A stretch of DNA of 64,000 nt, taken from the NCBI RefSeq assembly GCF_006345805.1, contig NC_043017.1:310001-374000 (forward strand), in the 5' to 3' direction. Below the pieces are notes generated by a model. The model was not told the origin of the DNA. It worked only from the letters and a program-made list of their open reading frames with translations, and ran no database searches. Origin of the DNA: Octopus sinensis (Eukaryota). The position numbers and the translations under genes were made by a program. Shown one piece after another: positions 12,601-25,677 of this stretch; the first letter of the stretch is position 1, and every line of letters begins with the position of its first letter.

Positions 12601-13371
12601 TTCGTTAGGTGACTATAGTTTTATTGATACCGATGTATAGGTTTATACTATTAGTTTTGTAAGTGCTGTTATTTTGGGACTTGTTTACGTACTTTGTGTT
12701 ATTAGTTCTGTTAATATTGTTAATCTTATTTAGTATCAGTTTGTCGGTATTAGTGTTGCGGTTATTTTTGTTGTTGTTCGTGGTTTGTGTATGGGCCTTG
12801 GCGTTGTTCATATTGGTGTGGTTTCTATTGGAGTTACCCATAATTATCTTCTTGTTGGTGTAGTTTGTGGTGATGCCTGGTGTGTGGTTGGTGTTAGTGG
12901 TATTAGTGTGTGGGTTCCTGTTATTTGGGCTACTTATAGAATGATTAGGGTTAAGGTATTTGATTTATTAGAAGCAATATCATGAGATTTGGTAAAGGAA
13001 AACTTATATCAAGATGTTAGCGAACATCTTGATTTAAGATGACTTAAGATGTCATGATAGTTTTTTTATGACTATACCCACTATGATTTCTGTCGACTCC
13101 CTCAGCCCTACCCCTAACAGACACTGCCCCTTGATCTCTTGGCATTAGATATACAAAGATTTGATAAAACAAGTCTATAAATTAAAACTGACCCCATATA
13201 AAAGTGACAAGCAAAATCTGTAACAAGTCTTTCTTCCTGATACCTTAGTAGCTTCTAAGTGGAAGGAAGGGAAACAATGTTCTTTGTCTATCTCCTTAAC
13301 TTCTTGGAGATTTTAGGCAAAATTATACTAATGTATCCATCTGTCTTAATTTAATTAAATTCTATGTCTTT

Positions 13372-13459
13372 ATGCAGCTGAGGATTGCTCTGCATTTAAA
13401 TTGATGTAATGGTCGCATTGTTAAATTAAATGGAGTTGCGTGAAACGATCGTACTGTAT
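13372..13459 (+). ncRNA. Type I hammerhead ribozyme with long stem II
   Basis: augcag-CUGAGGA-(long hairpin)-GAAAC-GAUC-GUA|cuguau; 6-bp stem I and palindromic stem III ACGAUCGU. Confidence 0.75.
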
Positions 13460-13613
13460 TACCTCTGGATATCCTTGTTGCTTATTTTGATTTTAATGAC
13501 CTTATTTTGAAATTGTTTGGATAATACCGTACTAAATTCTGGTGCCTCAACTTAAGTACCTAATTCATCTGAATATCTCTGTTTGTCTGTCTGTCTGTCT
13601 GTCTCTCTCTGTC

Positions 13614-13698
<85 letters not shown>

Positions 13699-13962
13699 TA
13701 TTATATTGAACATTTGACGGTCAGTGAGCATTAATAGCTATTATTAAATAGGAAATGTTAAATTTCATATTTGTGCCCCTGAAGATAGCGTTGAAGTAAT
13801 GATTATATTGTTCAATTAAATGGTCGCACTGCATTACTGCTTGAAATTCTATTACTTATTTTATTCACCTTATTTCGATCTGTGCGGATAATACCAGAGT
13901 GACTTGGTACTTCAACTTAAGTACCTATTTCAACAGAATCTTTATTATTTCTTATATATAAG

Positions 13963-14240
13963 AGGAGTGCCTGTGTGGTAAGTAGCTTGCTTACCAGCCA
14001 CATGGTTCCGGGTTCAGTCCCACTATGTGACACCTTGGGCAAGTGTCTTCTACTATAGCCTCGGGCCGACCGAAGCCTTGTGAGTAGATTTGGTAGACGG
14101 AAACTGAAAGAAGCCCGCCGTGTGTGTGTGTGTGCCTCTGTTTGTGCACTATCGCGCTTGACAACCTGTGTCGAAGTGTTTACGTCTCTGTAAACTAGTG
14201 GTTCGACATATGGGACCGATAAAATAAGTACTAGGCTTAA
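13963..14240 (+). mobile_element. SINE family A
   Basis: GGAGTGCCTGTGTGGTAAGTAGC...GGTTCAGTCCC head plus body. Confidence 0.85.
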
Positions 14241-14461
14241 AAAAATTTCATGGACTTTCATTTAATATTAACTGCCAAATTTGGGTTAAAAAAACTCTAT
14301 GACCTAGGTTGCTTAATACCATATAATAAACGGCTAACGAAAAGAGTAATTATACATTTTACGCTTGTCTAACTGCGGGATAATTTGATTTCAGCCGTCC
14401 AAAGGAGTGCACCATCATAATAAATTACAGAGTCGAAAACAGAAAGCGGGTGCGTTTGCTA

Positions 14462-14498
<37 letters not shown>

Positions 14499-14500
<2 letters not shown>

Positions 14501-15771
14501 AGGGACGTTCAATAAGTAATGCCTCTGACCCACTTGCAGTTGTTTGATCTAGCTGAAATTTTGCATGTGCAATTATTTATATCTCTATAGATTAAGTGGC
14601 AAATTACAGTTCTGAGCTAATTGTGGTTTCTGATTTACAAGTGTGAAATGGAGCCTGTTGAGTGTCGAGCAGTGATCTGGTTTTTGTATTTGAAAGGACG
14701 CACACCACAGGAGACTTTTGATGAAATGAAAGTAACTTATGGTGATGATGCCCCATCATATGACCTTGTAAAACGCTGGCATCGTGAATTCAAACATGGT
14801 CGGAACTCTGTGGAAACAGCTCCCAGATCTGGTCGCCCCTCTTCTGCCATTGATGAGGCATCTGTCCGTCAAGTTGAGGCTGCCATTTTGGAAGATCGGT
14901 GCATAACTATTTGCCAAATAGCCCATGAGGTCAAGATTAGTACCGGGTCTGTGGAAACTATCATTCATGACCATTTGCATATGCAAAAGGTGTCTGCCAG
15001 ATGGATCCCCAGGTTGCTCACACCTTTCCAGAAGCAAGAACGCGTCGAGTGCTCGAGGATGAATTTGGAGATGTGCCAAGAAGATGAGTCAAAATTTTTC
15101 AAAAGACTGATTACACAGGATGAAACCTGGGTCCATCACTAGGATTCAGAGACCAAAGCCCAGTCAATGCAGTGAAAGCACCATGACTCACCTCCTCCAA
15201 AGAAGGCAAGGGTGCCGCCCTCCGCTGGCAAGGTCATGCTCACAGTCTTCTGGACCAGGACGGAGTAGTGATGACAGATTTCCTGGCAAAGGGGGTCCAC
15301 AATTACAGGAGCCTATTATGCTTCACTTTTGAGGAAATTAGAGAAGCTATCAAAATCAAGAGGTGGGGCAAGATCAGCAAAGGCATCCACCTCCTGCAGG
15401 ACAACGCTCCGGTCCACAACTCGCGTGTCGCCAGATCAGAAGCACAGGCGTGCTGCTATGAACTCCTCCCCATCCCCCCTACGCTCCTGACCTCGCACCC
15501 TCTGATTTTGACCTCTTTCCAGCCATGAAGTTGTTTTTGAAAGGAAAGCATTTCACAGCTGATGCAGCCTTGATTTCTAAAGTCACGTCGTGGTTGGGGG
15601 ACCAAGCTGGGGTCTTCTACAAAAACGGTCTCCAGCGCTGCATCAAACGATGGGAGAAATGCGTAACCCTGGGTGGTTCCTATGTAGAAAAAGACTAATA
15701 ACTGTGCCAAGTTTCGTTGCTCTACTGCTATGGGAAGTGGGTCAGGGGCATTACTTATTGAACGCCCCTCG
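14499..15771 (+). mobile_element. mariner (DD34D, irritans-like) DNA transposon, full length, inactivated
   Basis: 37-bp TIRs with 3 mismatches (CCAGGGACGTTCAATAAGTAATGCC.. / ..GGCATTACTTATTGAACGCCCCTCG), TA flanks, transposase from ATG 14648 with PRSGRP, WIPR.LT, QDETWVHH and QDNAP motifs, broken by stops. Confidence 0.93.
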
Positions 15772-16130
15772 TAATTATAATGTAGGGTATTTAAGAGATA
15801 CCATCATGCTTGAAATAGCAGTAAAAAGCTTGACTCTAAAACAACATTAAATGTTCATACAACACCAGGAGAGAAGACAAAGAGACAAAATGAACTGGCA
15901 AAAAGTTACTGGATAATTCCAGATCCCGGATTTCTGGCTTTGCATAAGAGATCCTCTGCTTTCATCAGTGGAATACACTCAGATAGCACATAAATACAAA
16001 TATGTATATTTGTATTTATATATATTTGTATATACATATATGTTTGAAAAAGAAGTAATTGGTTATCGTTATTATTGTTATTGTTGTGGGCAAGGGGTTC
16101 ACCTTTCGGCAAGGGGAGACACACACACGT

Positions 16131-16171
<41 letters not shown>

Positions 16172-16374
16172 GGGTTTCGAAAAACTTGCTTAGTGAGGGG
16201 ATTTATGAACAGTGATGTAATCGTGAATTGATATATGTAAAAAGATGAAAGTTGGTTATACGTGCATATTAAGACGTTTCAAGGTCATACTCGTCTTTCC
16301 AATATAGTTGTGTCCGCAACCCGAGCAGGTTATTACATAAATTAGGTTCTCAGAGTTTCCAAGCAAGCTGAAGA

Positions 16375-16720
16375 CGGGTAAAATATGCCCATTTCATAAA
16401 GGACGTAGCAGAACAGTGGCCAAAAACTACAGACCTATCTCTCTAACCTCACCTATCAGCAAAGTCATGGAATGAATAGTCAGAAGAAAACTAATCACCT
16501 TCCTTGTGGTAAATGACTTGCTGACTGACACCCAGCATGGATTCCGACCAGGAAGAAGCTACCTGACTCAGCTCTTACAACACTATGACTGAGTGTTGAA
16601 ATAGCTGCTCAACCACTGAAATGTGGATGTCATATATCACGACTTTGCAAAGGCTTTCAACAAAGTTGATCATGGAATGATATGTCTCAAACTGCGTGAT
16701 CTTGGAATTGTCGAGAAATT
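16375..16720 (+). mobile_element. Internal RT fragment of the CR1-group LINE
   Basis: Clearly similar to 62455-62800 (NYRPISL, QHGFRPGRS, DFAKAF). Confidence 0.85.
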
Positions 16721-17419
16721 GTATATATAATATATATAATATATATATATTATATATATTATATCTATATATATATATATATATATAATATATATATATC
16801 TATATATAATATATAGATATATATATTATATACATATACATATATATATATCTGTGTATATATATTTGCCTTTTAGCTATTCCTCTCTCTCTCACTATAG
16901 CCGTCCTCTTCTTTCTACCCCTATTCCTATCTCTTCTCTTTAAGTCTTTATATTTGTAAGCACTACTAAACAACTCACATTTATCACTCTACTTTTGGAA
17001 AAGTAGGTCTGACTTTCTTAACAATTTCACCTGGACTTACTAGTGGCTGCATACCTATGACATCATGAACATATCATCTATGAATATGGTTATTATATAA
17101 GTTTGGCCTCTTGAAACAGCTGTCAAAATAAGGCATTACATGATATATATATATATATACATATATATACGAGATTGTGTGCCTATGTGCCTGTGCTTTG
17201 TTCCACCCCACACCACTTGACAACCGGCACCGGTTTGTTTATATCCGCGTAAACTAGCGGTTCGGCAAAAAGGAGGGATAGGATTAGCAAGGGATTTAAG
17301 AAGAAAAGTAATTACTAGGGTTGCATTGTTCGGCTAAAACCTTTCGAAGCGATGTCCTTGTATGGCCGCAGTCTAATAAACTGGAACAAATAAAAAAAAA
17401 TTAAAGATAAGACACACGC

Positions 17420-17450
<31 letters not shown>

Positions 17451-18118
17451 CACCACACATCCATCCATACATCCATCCATGCATACGTACAGACAAAGAA
17501 TGTCAGTAGAAATTCCTATCAAAACTTCTGTCAAGTGTGACCAGGCTGTAATAGTATGTACCGTTATAGTGTTCAGTTGCTCCGCTAATGTGAAAATCAT
17601 TTTGAAAACAATAGAAAAAGAGATTCATTACGGGCACTTAACCGAATCGTCCGCCTTCCATATTCAGATAATGAATTCTCTTTTATACCAATAATAATTT
17701 AGCGCATTTAATTTTCATAAGTAAATGCCTAAGTGACAAGTTGTACAAGCTACGAATTTAATAAAAAAGAAAAATCAACGAGTTAAGTGGATCAATAGAA
17801 AAAGTTGTAAGTTTTCTATTTAAGCTAAAAATGTGAATGTTTGAAACATTTTTAAACCTGTGTTTTTTCCTACGTTCCAAGCATGATGGTAAAAGTAAGG
17901 GATATGAAAGACAGTGGTGATGGTGGTGGTGGGGAAGGCGGTGGAGTCAAAGGTGTTGATGGTGGTGGTGTCAGAAGTCTGAATGGTGTGTGTATGGCAG
18001 TTGTGGTGGCGATGGTGGTGGTACTAGTGGTGGTGATGACCCCCGAACGCGAAGACAAAATATGTTGTTTATCATGAAGCTTTTCAATAAGTCTCAAGTC
18101 GACATACATCTAACCATT

Positions 18119-18203
18119 ATTCTCGACATATGTTTCGAAGGCTGCATATTCCTAATTCCGAAGGAATAAGGAGTACATTATGCAGATTTCTCATCAGGAA
18201 AAT
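18119..18203 (-). ncRNA. Type I hammerhead ribozyme (left arm)
   Basis: Exact reverse complement of 18701-18785. Confidence 0.85.
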
Positions 18204-18700
18204 CAAGGAACTTATGTCGACATCAAAACGCACAAAAAACTTTTAGCTGACCGCTCTCAAGGAGCCCATGGCGATTATGAGTGTCTCTTTATAAGGAGTG
18301 ACGTCAGAGTGGCTGAATGTAGAAGAATCTAGAAGGTTCTAAAGGTTCAAGGGTTCAAACGAAGTAGGAGGAGGGAGGCATAAGAATAGTAAGGTGAGAG
18401 ACTGCAGGTCAAAAGAATGGTGGGTTTAAATGATTTCTTTTATGAATGAGTGCCTATGTGTGTGACTGTATATAACTGTCTTAATGTGTGTATGTGTGTG
18501 TCTGAATGCGTGATTGTGTTTGTGGATGGGTAGATGTCAGAAAACTGACAGCTGTGAGGTGAGAGGTCTGTGTCTGTGTGTTTGATTATGTTTACTGTAG
18601 AGAAAGGAAAGTAGATAGCGAAAGGGAGAAAGAATCGGGCGAGGTGAGAGCGGTCAGCTAAAAGTTTTTTGTGCATTTTGATGTCGACATAAGTTCCTTG

Positions 18701-18785
18701 ATTTTCCTGATGAGAAATCTGCATAATGTACTCCTTATTCCTTCGGAATTAGGAATATGCAGCCTTCGAAACATATGTCGAGAAT
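18701..18785 (+). ncRNA. Type I hammerhead ribozyme (right arm), predicted cleavage after C18779
   Basis: auuuuc-CUGAUGA-G..cugcaua..uaugcag..C-GAAAC-AUAU-GUC|gagaau; intact core and 6-bp stem I. Confidence 0.85.
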
Positions 18786-18987
18786 AAAGGATATTTGTTA
18801 ACTAGTCGTTCAACTCCATTCTTTCATATACTTATAATTTTAAAATAAACATACAATTTCCGCACGAAGACACGTAGTCTATGCCCTAGGGACGTAGCTT
18901 CAACCGTGTTCTTTCTGATGTGAATTTGCTACCCAGGTATCGGTTATCTTTCTAATTATCCTTAATAAGATAATTCATTCAACTACT

Positions 18988-19062
<75 letters not shown>

Positions 19063-19070
19063 TATATATA

Positions 19071-19585
19071 CAGGGTGTCCCCAAAAATGTATACACATTG
19101 AACAGGCTTTGAACAAGACTTTGAACAGGAAGAGTTTTATTTCCAGAGATGGGGCACCTCCACACTACCATCGCGATGTTAGATCCTTTCTTGATGGGAT
19201 CTTGCCAAACAGGTGGATTGGACGGAGAGGTTTGTCGAATACCCTCCACGTTCACCAGACCTCACACCACTAGACTTCTTTTTATGGGGATACCTAAAGG
19301 ACAAATCTACGCACAGAAACCTGCAACAGTCGTTCAATTGAGGGCAACCATTGAACATGAATGTACGAATATCCCAAGGGAATTGTTCCATGACGTGTGC
19401 CATTCCATCGCTTCGCGTTGTCAGCAGTGTCTGGAGCAGAACGGACATCAGTTTGAGAACATGCGATAACAAGACAATAGAATGATATTTGTAAATTCTT
19501 TTACATGTTGAAAATTATTCGAATTATAATAAACCCCAAATTTACAATTATTTAAAGTGTGTATACATATTTTTGGGAGACCCTG
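19071..19585 (+). mobile_element. Internally deleted Tc1/mariner-superfamily DD41D (rosa/Visitor-type) element
   Basis: TIRs CAGGGTGTCCCCAAAAATGTATACACA / TGTGTATACATATTTTTGGGAGACCCTG with TA flanks. Reconstructed DGAPPHY...WIGRRG.VEYPPRSPDLTPLD gives 41 residues between the Asp residues (one 1-nt deletion assumed). Confidence 0.8.
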
Positions 19586-20294
19586 TATATATATGGTTGC
19601 AGCTTGTTAAAAAGGTTCTGAAAACAATTACAGTACGGACATTTGATAAGAAACATAGAAGCAACTTCGATGAGGTTTTCTTTGGTTTTATATCGATCTC
19701 CATATTCAACTGGTCCTTATTTAATCGACCCTAAAAGCATAAAAGTCAAAGCTGACATTGGTGGAATTCGAACGCGGAATGTGAAGCTCCTGGGCAGAGC
19801 TCTAGACATTAGTAACAAGGTATTAGCTGGATGTGTGTGTGTGTGTGTGTGTGTAATGGTTAGGTGTGTGTGTGTGTGTGAGTAATGGTTAGGTGTGTAA
19901 CTTATTTTGTAATTGTTGAATAGTGTTTCACACCTGCTGACTTTGAACCTGACTTTACAAAAAATTGTTTTTCCAAACAAAAGGTCGATTGTTATTTTAA
20001 GCCATTAAACGACTACCATCATCATCATCATCATCATCATAATCATCATCATCATCATTATCAAATTATCAAAAGAACTTATTCTTTGTAAGCCCACTAC
20101 TTATTCTATCGGTCTCTTTTGCCAAGTTTCTTTTGATTAGAAATTTAAGGTGCGTGAGTTGAGATATTTTAGAATTTCTTTAGAAATGTCAAAGAAAATG
20201 CAGTTTCGTATATAGGCATATATGTAAGTATGTATGTATGTATGTATGTATGAATGTATGTATGTAAGTATGTATGTATGTATGTATGTATGTA

Positions 20295-20540
20295 TGATGA
20301 TGATGAAGGCTGTCCATTCCTGATCGAAGAAGGCGGTCGCTGACCATTGCCCACATTGTCTGCAATGCCCATGCTAATTACCATTGCATTTGTGGTCAGA
20401 TTTACCCGATGTGCCCAAACCCTTGCGCCAATGAGCCGAGTGTGTTATGAATATATTGTTGTCGCAAAAGGGAGTTGTTCTCTTGTGACCCACAAGATTA
20501 ACTTGTTTTGGGTTCGGTTCTGCCGTAACGTATAAGAATA
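20295..20540 (-). mobile_element. Fragment with an RTE-type 3' end followed by (CAT)n/(CATA)n
   Basis: GCAATGGTC...CTTCTTCGATCAGGAATGGACAGCC resembles the RTE end at 29249-29290. Confidence 0.45.
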
Positions 20541-21163
20541 AATATGCAAACAAAGAATAGGGCTTTCATAGATGTTCTCTCCTAAAACTGCACCTTCAGT
20601 TCCACCTGTGTGGACGTTACCATCTCAAAAAACAAACGCTTCATAAAAATACAATTTCAAAATAATAATAATAAAATGTTATAACTTTCAACAAACTCAG
20701 ATTCAAAATCGGGGTACAGTTTGTGTTTCATTGCAGCAAATTATTTCAAAAGCAATTTTGTTCCCACATTATTTTTCAACTCATTTCAATAATTTTTAAC
20801 TTGGTCAAAATTAAAAAAGTGAATTTTTTTCTTACAGATAATTGTGAATATTCTATCTGTGTCTTTACGTGACTTCTTGACATTTAGATAAAAAAAAAAT
20901 TCCAAGGTAGAAGCGGTAACTATTGTATCGTGTTATCAGGTAAAATCACTCGTTTCATTCACATGTTGTTTGAGTTAACACAGAAAATATTTTCATCATA
21001 GTGTATCATGCTTATTTTTTGTGTAGCTCTATTCTTCCTCTGCAACTTCTGTTTATCGAGGTTGAAATATGAAAAAAATTTACCGCTTTGTAGACATTTG
21101 AACATTGAGAGTCCAGTATGGAAAAAAAAAGAACTTTCGAGATTCGTTTCTCTTTGCTTTTAA

Positions 21164-21236
21164 CCTTTAGCACACTGCCTTTTCTCTAGAAATGTTCCCA
21201 TGCCGCTCACCTGATGCACTTACAGTGTGCTAAAGA
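21164..21236. mobile_element. 73-bp TTAA-flanked mini-MITE
   Basis: TTAA-CCTTTAGCACACTG...CAGTGTGCTAAAGA-TTAA. Confidence 0.6.
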
Positions 21237-21325
21237 TTAATCAACGTTCAAACGTTGCCAAAGCCAATTTGTACCATGTACGGGACATTAGTGAGGGCTG
21301 TGTACGGAGAAGTATATGAACTCAT

Positions 21326-21715
21326 AATATTCTGTGCGTGTATACAAATATTCCACTGAACTTTTTAATAATTCCTCCTGGAAATTATCTTGAGAATGTA
21401 TATATTTGTTGTAATCTTTTGTGCCCAATATTTCAATGAACTTGTTAAACTTTTTAAAGTTCTTAACATGCTCTTGTCACCAAAGAATATATATATATAT
21501 ATTGTAGTACTCTGTGTCAACCAATATTCTGTGCGTGTTTGAATATACAGATACAATACCAATATCCCACTGAACTTTTTAATAATTCCTTCTGGAAACT
21601 ATCTTTAACATTTTCTTGAGAATGTAAATTTATGTTGTAATCTTTTGTGCCCAATATTTTAAGGAACTTGTTAAACTTGTTTATGTCCTTAACATGTCCT
21701 TGTTACTAAAAACTG
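21326..21715. repeat. Diverged tandem duplication, ~197-bp unit
   Basis: AATATTCTGTGCGTGT at 21326 and 21523, with continued similarity downstream of both. Confidence 0.85.
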
Positions 21716-21868
21716 TATATATGTAATGTAGCATTTTGTAACAACCAATAATTAACGCAACCAAACTTTTACATGTTACTTTTGATAATCTTTTTCCAAA
21801 GAGTGAAACCGGTAAAGTAAATAAACATCTTTTAAAATTGCATTTTCAAACCTTCTTTCGTATATATG

Positions 21869-21900
<32 letters not shown>

Positions 21901-22489
21901 TAGAGAGAGAAAGAGAGAGAGAGTAGTGGTACAGCAAAGCACCAACGTTTACTGGAAATAGCAGTCCATAAATTTACGACGCTATAGTAAAGCTTCACTG
22001 TGTATATACTGGCCAACACGTGTGAGGGGAGCAAAAAAAAAAAAAAAAATTCGTCTTATCTCCAGGAAGAACATTAGATAAATGAAGAACCCAGAATCGG
22101 ATAATCTGGTACGTAGGTTTCGGACTCTTCAAATACGTTTGTTATCGTAAATTTGATTAGTCTTCTGCAGCAAGATTTATCTGGACAATATTTTAAATCT
22201 TGGTACATCAATGCTAGTAGACTCTCCTGAACGCCTCGCCGTTAACAGAACCGAGAACAGTGAAAAAAATATAAACACGTACCATATAAAATATATGTTT
22301 GCGGTGCCCCAGCATGGCCGCAGTGATATTACTGAAACAAGTTGAAGAAAAAAAAAAAAAAAAAGGAACTGCCCGAAATATCAGCATGCATGTAATTCAT
22401 AATCGATAATTCTCCATTCGATCATTCTATCCACCAATGAACGCAGAAGAGAACTCTTAATGAAAGAGGAGAAAGACAGAGAGAGAGAG

Positions 22490-22541
<52 letters not shown>

Positions 22542-23039
22542 TGAGAGAGAAAGAGTGAGAGAGAGAGAGAGTGAGAGAAAGAGAGAGAGTGAGATAGAGA
22601 GTAGAGGCGTAAGAGTATTGGAGCGAAAAGCAAGAAGAAGAGAGGAAGAGAGAAGGCGAGAGTGGCAGATATTGGTAGACGGAGAGCTTACTAGTGCTAC
22701 TTTTTGAGAATACTATTGCCTCGATACCACAATCTTGGCCTCAGAAAAGTAAACGTAACGAATGTAGAAAATTTTAGGAAATGGAGAGGTTAGTGTTTTC
22801 TTTTATTATTATCTGTTATTGATGTGAATTTCTGTCGGTTTCGATGATTCCCGTTTCTTTTGCCATTCCGTTCTTCCCTCTGCCGCCGTTCGTTTTTCCT
22901 TTTCTATTTTAGCGTTTATTCTTCTCGCTTATAAATAAGAATATACGCGAAATGGCTTTTATATAAACATACATACACACACACTCGCGCGCACACACAC
23001 ACACATACATACACACACACGCACACACGCGTCGGAATG

Positions 23040-23215
23040 TGTGGGTGTGGGGGTCCCAGATGAACCTACCTCACGACAGGAGACACAGATGCGGGCAGCG
23101 GCATCAAACTCCCTTGTTGACCAAGTGCCACGTATCAGAGGTGGATTCACATATTAGTGTAGCTCATTCAGCGGTGGTGCCCCAGCATGGCCGCAGCCTT
23201 CGGGCTGAAACATTT
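23040..23215 (+). mobile_element. 3' end of a related CR1-group LINE
   Basis: GTCCCAGATGAACC...GCGGCATCAAACTC...GGTGCCCCAGCATGGCC..GCTGAAAC parallels 63787-63952. Confidence 0.75.
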
Positions 23216-23249
23216 TTAAGGATTTAAGGATATATATATACGTGTATAT

Positions 23250-23351
<102 letters not shown>

Positions 23352-23510
23352 CTCTTTTACTCTTTTACTTGTTTCAGTCATTTGACTGCGGCCATGCTGG
23401 AGCACCACCTTTTAGTACTTATTCTATCGGTCTCTTTTTGCCGAACCGCTAAGTGACGGGGACCTAAACACACCAGCAATGCCAGGGGGACAAACACAGA
23501 CACACAAACA
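23352..23510 (-). mobile_element. SINE family A 3' half
   Basis: Body plus tail GGTGGTGCTCCAGCATGGCCGCAGTCAAATGACTGAAACAAGTAAAAGAG. Confidence 0.8.
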
Positions 23511-23519
23511 CACGCATAC

Positions 23520-23601
<82 letters not shown>

Positions 23602-23788
23602 CTAAGCAATTAAGGGTTTAGCAACGAATTGCCTCACCACACACCGAATTTAGAAATAGCAGTCAAAGAGTTATAGCTATTCTTTCTACTAAAAGGGAGA
23701 TCTCAGTAAAAACACACCATTTGAAAGGCAAACACAGACAGGTAAGAGAGAATGAAATGACGGCAATCTATCATACAATTTTAAGTCA

Positions 23789-23879
23789 CCTACGGACGTA
23801 CGTTTCGAAATCAAGTTTTAGGAAAGCATCAGAATTAGATAATTCTACCTTACCCAACTTCTTTTCTCATCAGCGTAGG
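23789..23879 (-). ncRNA. Type I hammerhead ribozyme, intact core
   Basis: ccuacg-CUGAUGA-G(long stem II)C-GAAAC-GUAC-GUC|cguagg; perfect 6-bp stem I and palindromic stem III. Confidence 0.88.
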
Positions 23880-23912
23880 ACACTACAATTATGAATAATT
23901 GTATATTAAATT

Positions 23913-23943
<31 letters not shown>

Positions 23944-23955
23944 TATATATATATA

Positions 23956-24023
<68 letters not shown>

Positions 24024-24429
24024 CGTATATGTATATATATATTTGTACATTTCTACACACAGACACGGCGTGCGCGCGCGCACACACACACATATCTGTG
24101 TATATGTGCGCACGTGTATATATGCATACATATATGCATATTAAGACACACCATAGAAGCCAACAGTAAGCGAGCCAACAGTAAGTGTGTATGTATGGGT
24201 GGGTACGTGTGGGTGGGTGGGTATTTTTAATACTTTTGTTTTTTTAAGCTGTCCTACGCAACCATACTGGGTTACTTCTGCGAATGATTTAGTCGAAGGA
24301 ATTAACAGAGATCGCATTTCCAAAAGTGATGTAAATTATATCAGATCTATTTTGTGGTGTGGCTTGTCTTTGTGGGAAACAAATATCAACACGCAGGCCC
24401 GCTCGTTACACATCTATCTACCTACCTGA

Positions 24430-25050
<621 letters not shown>

Positions 25051-25062
25051 GACTATTTCTCA

Positions 25063-25116
<54 letters not shown>

Positions 25117-25133
25117 ATCTATCTATCTATCTA

Positions 25134-25197
<64 letters not shown>

Positions 25198-25589
25198 TCT
25201 ATCTGTCTGTCTATCTATCTATCTGTCTCTCTGTCTATCTGTCTCTCTGTCTATCTGTCTCTCTGTCTATCTATCTCTCTATCTATCTAACTGCACGTGT
25301 GTGCATGTCTGTTTGTTACTCTGTAGTAAACAACACAGGAATTACGTTTTAATATAAAATTCCATCCTCTAAATTTTGCCTGTTCATCCTCTCTTCCTCG
25401 TGCACACTTCTCAGCAATTCCAACATCATTTTTTGTTTTATTCGCTGTCGAAGTCGGAATTTCGGTGGTAAGTCAACTCGACTGCTTACCGTGTTACATT
25501 ACACCGTTAAACGCAATTTTATCTGAGCTCTGTTTACATACATAAATGCATACTTACACGAATAAATGTTTGTATATATATATATATAT

Positions 25590-25677
<88 letters not shown>

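Larger units (their letters stand above)
18117..18787. mobile_element. Fold-back element with 143-bp inverted arms, each ending in a hammerhead ribozyme
   Basis: Arms 18117-18259 and 18645-18787 differ at one position. Confidence 0.85.

Noticed and set aside
22106-22137. TTGAAGAGTCCGAAAC..GTA hammerhead-like string (-)
   Set aside because: No stem I pairing and essentially no stem II.
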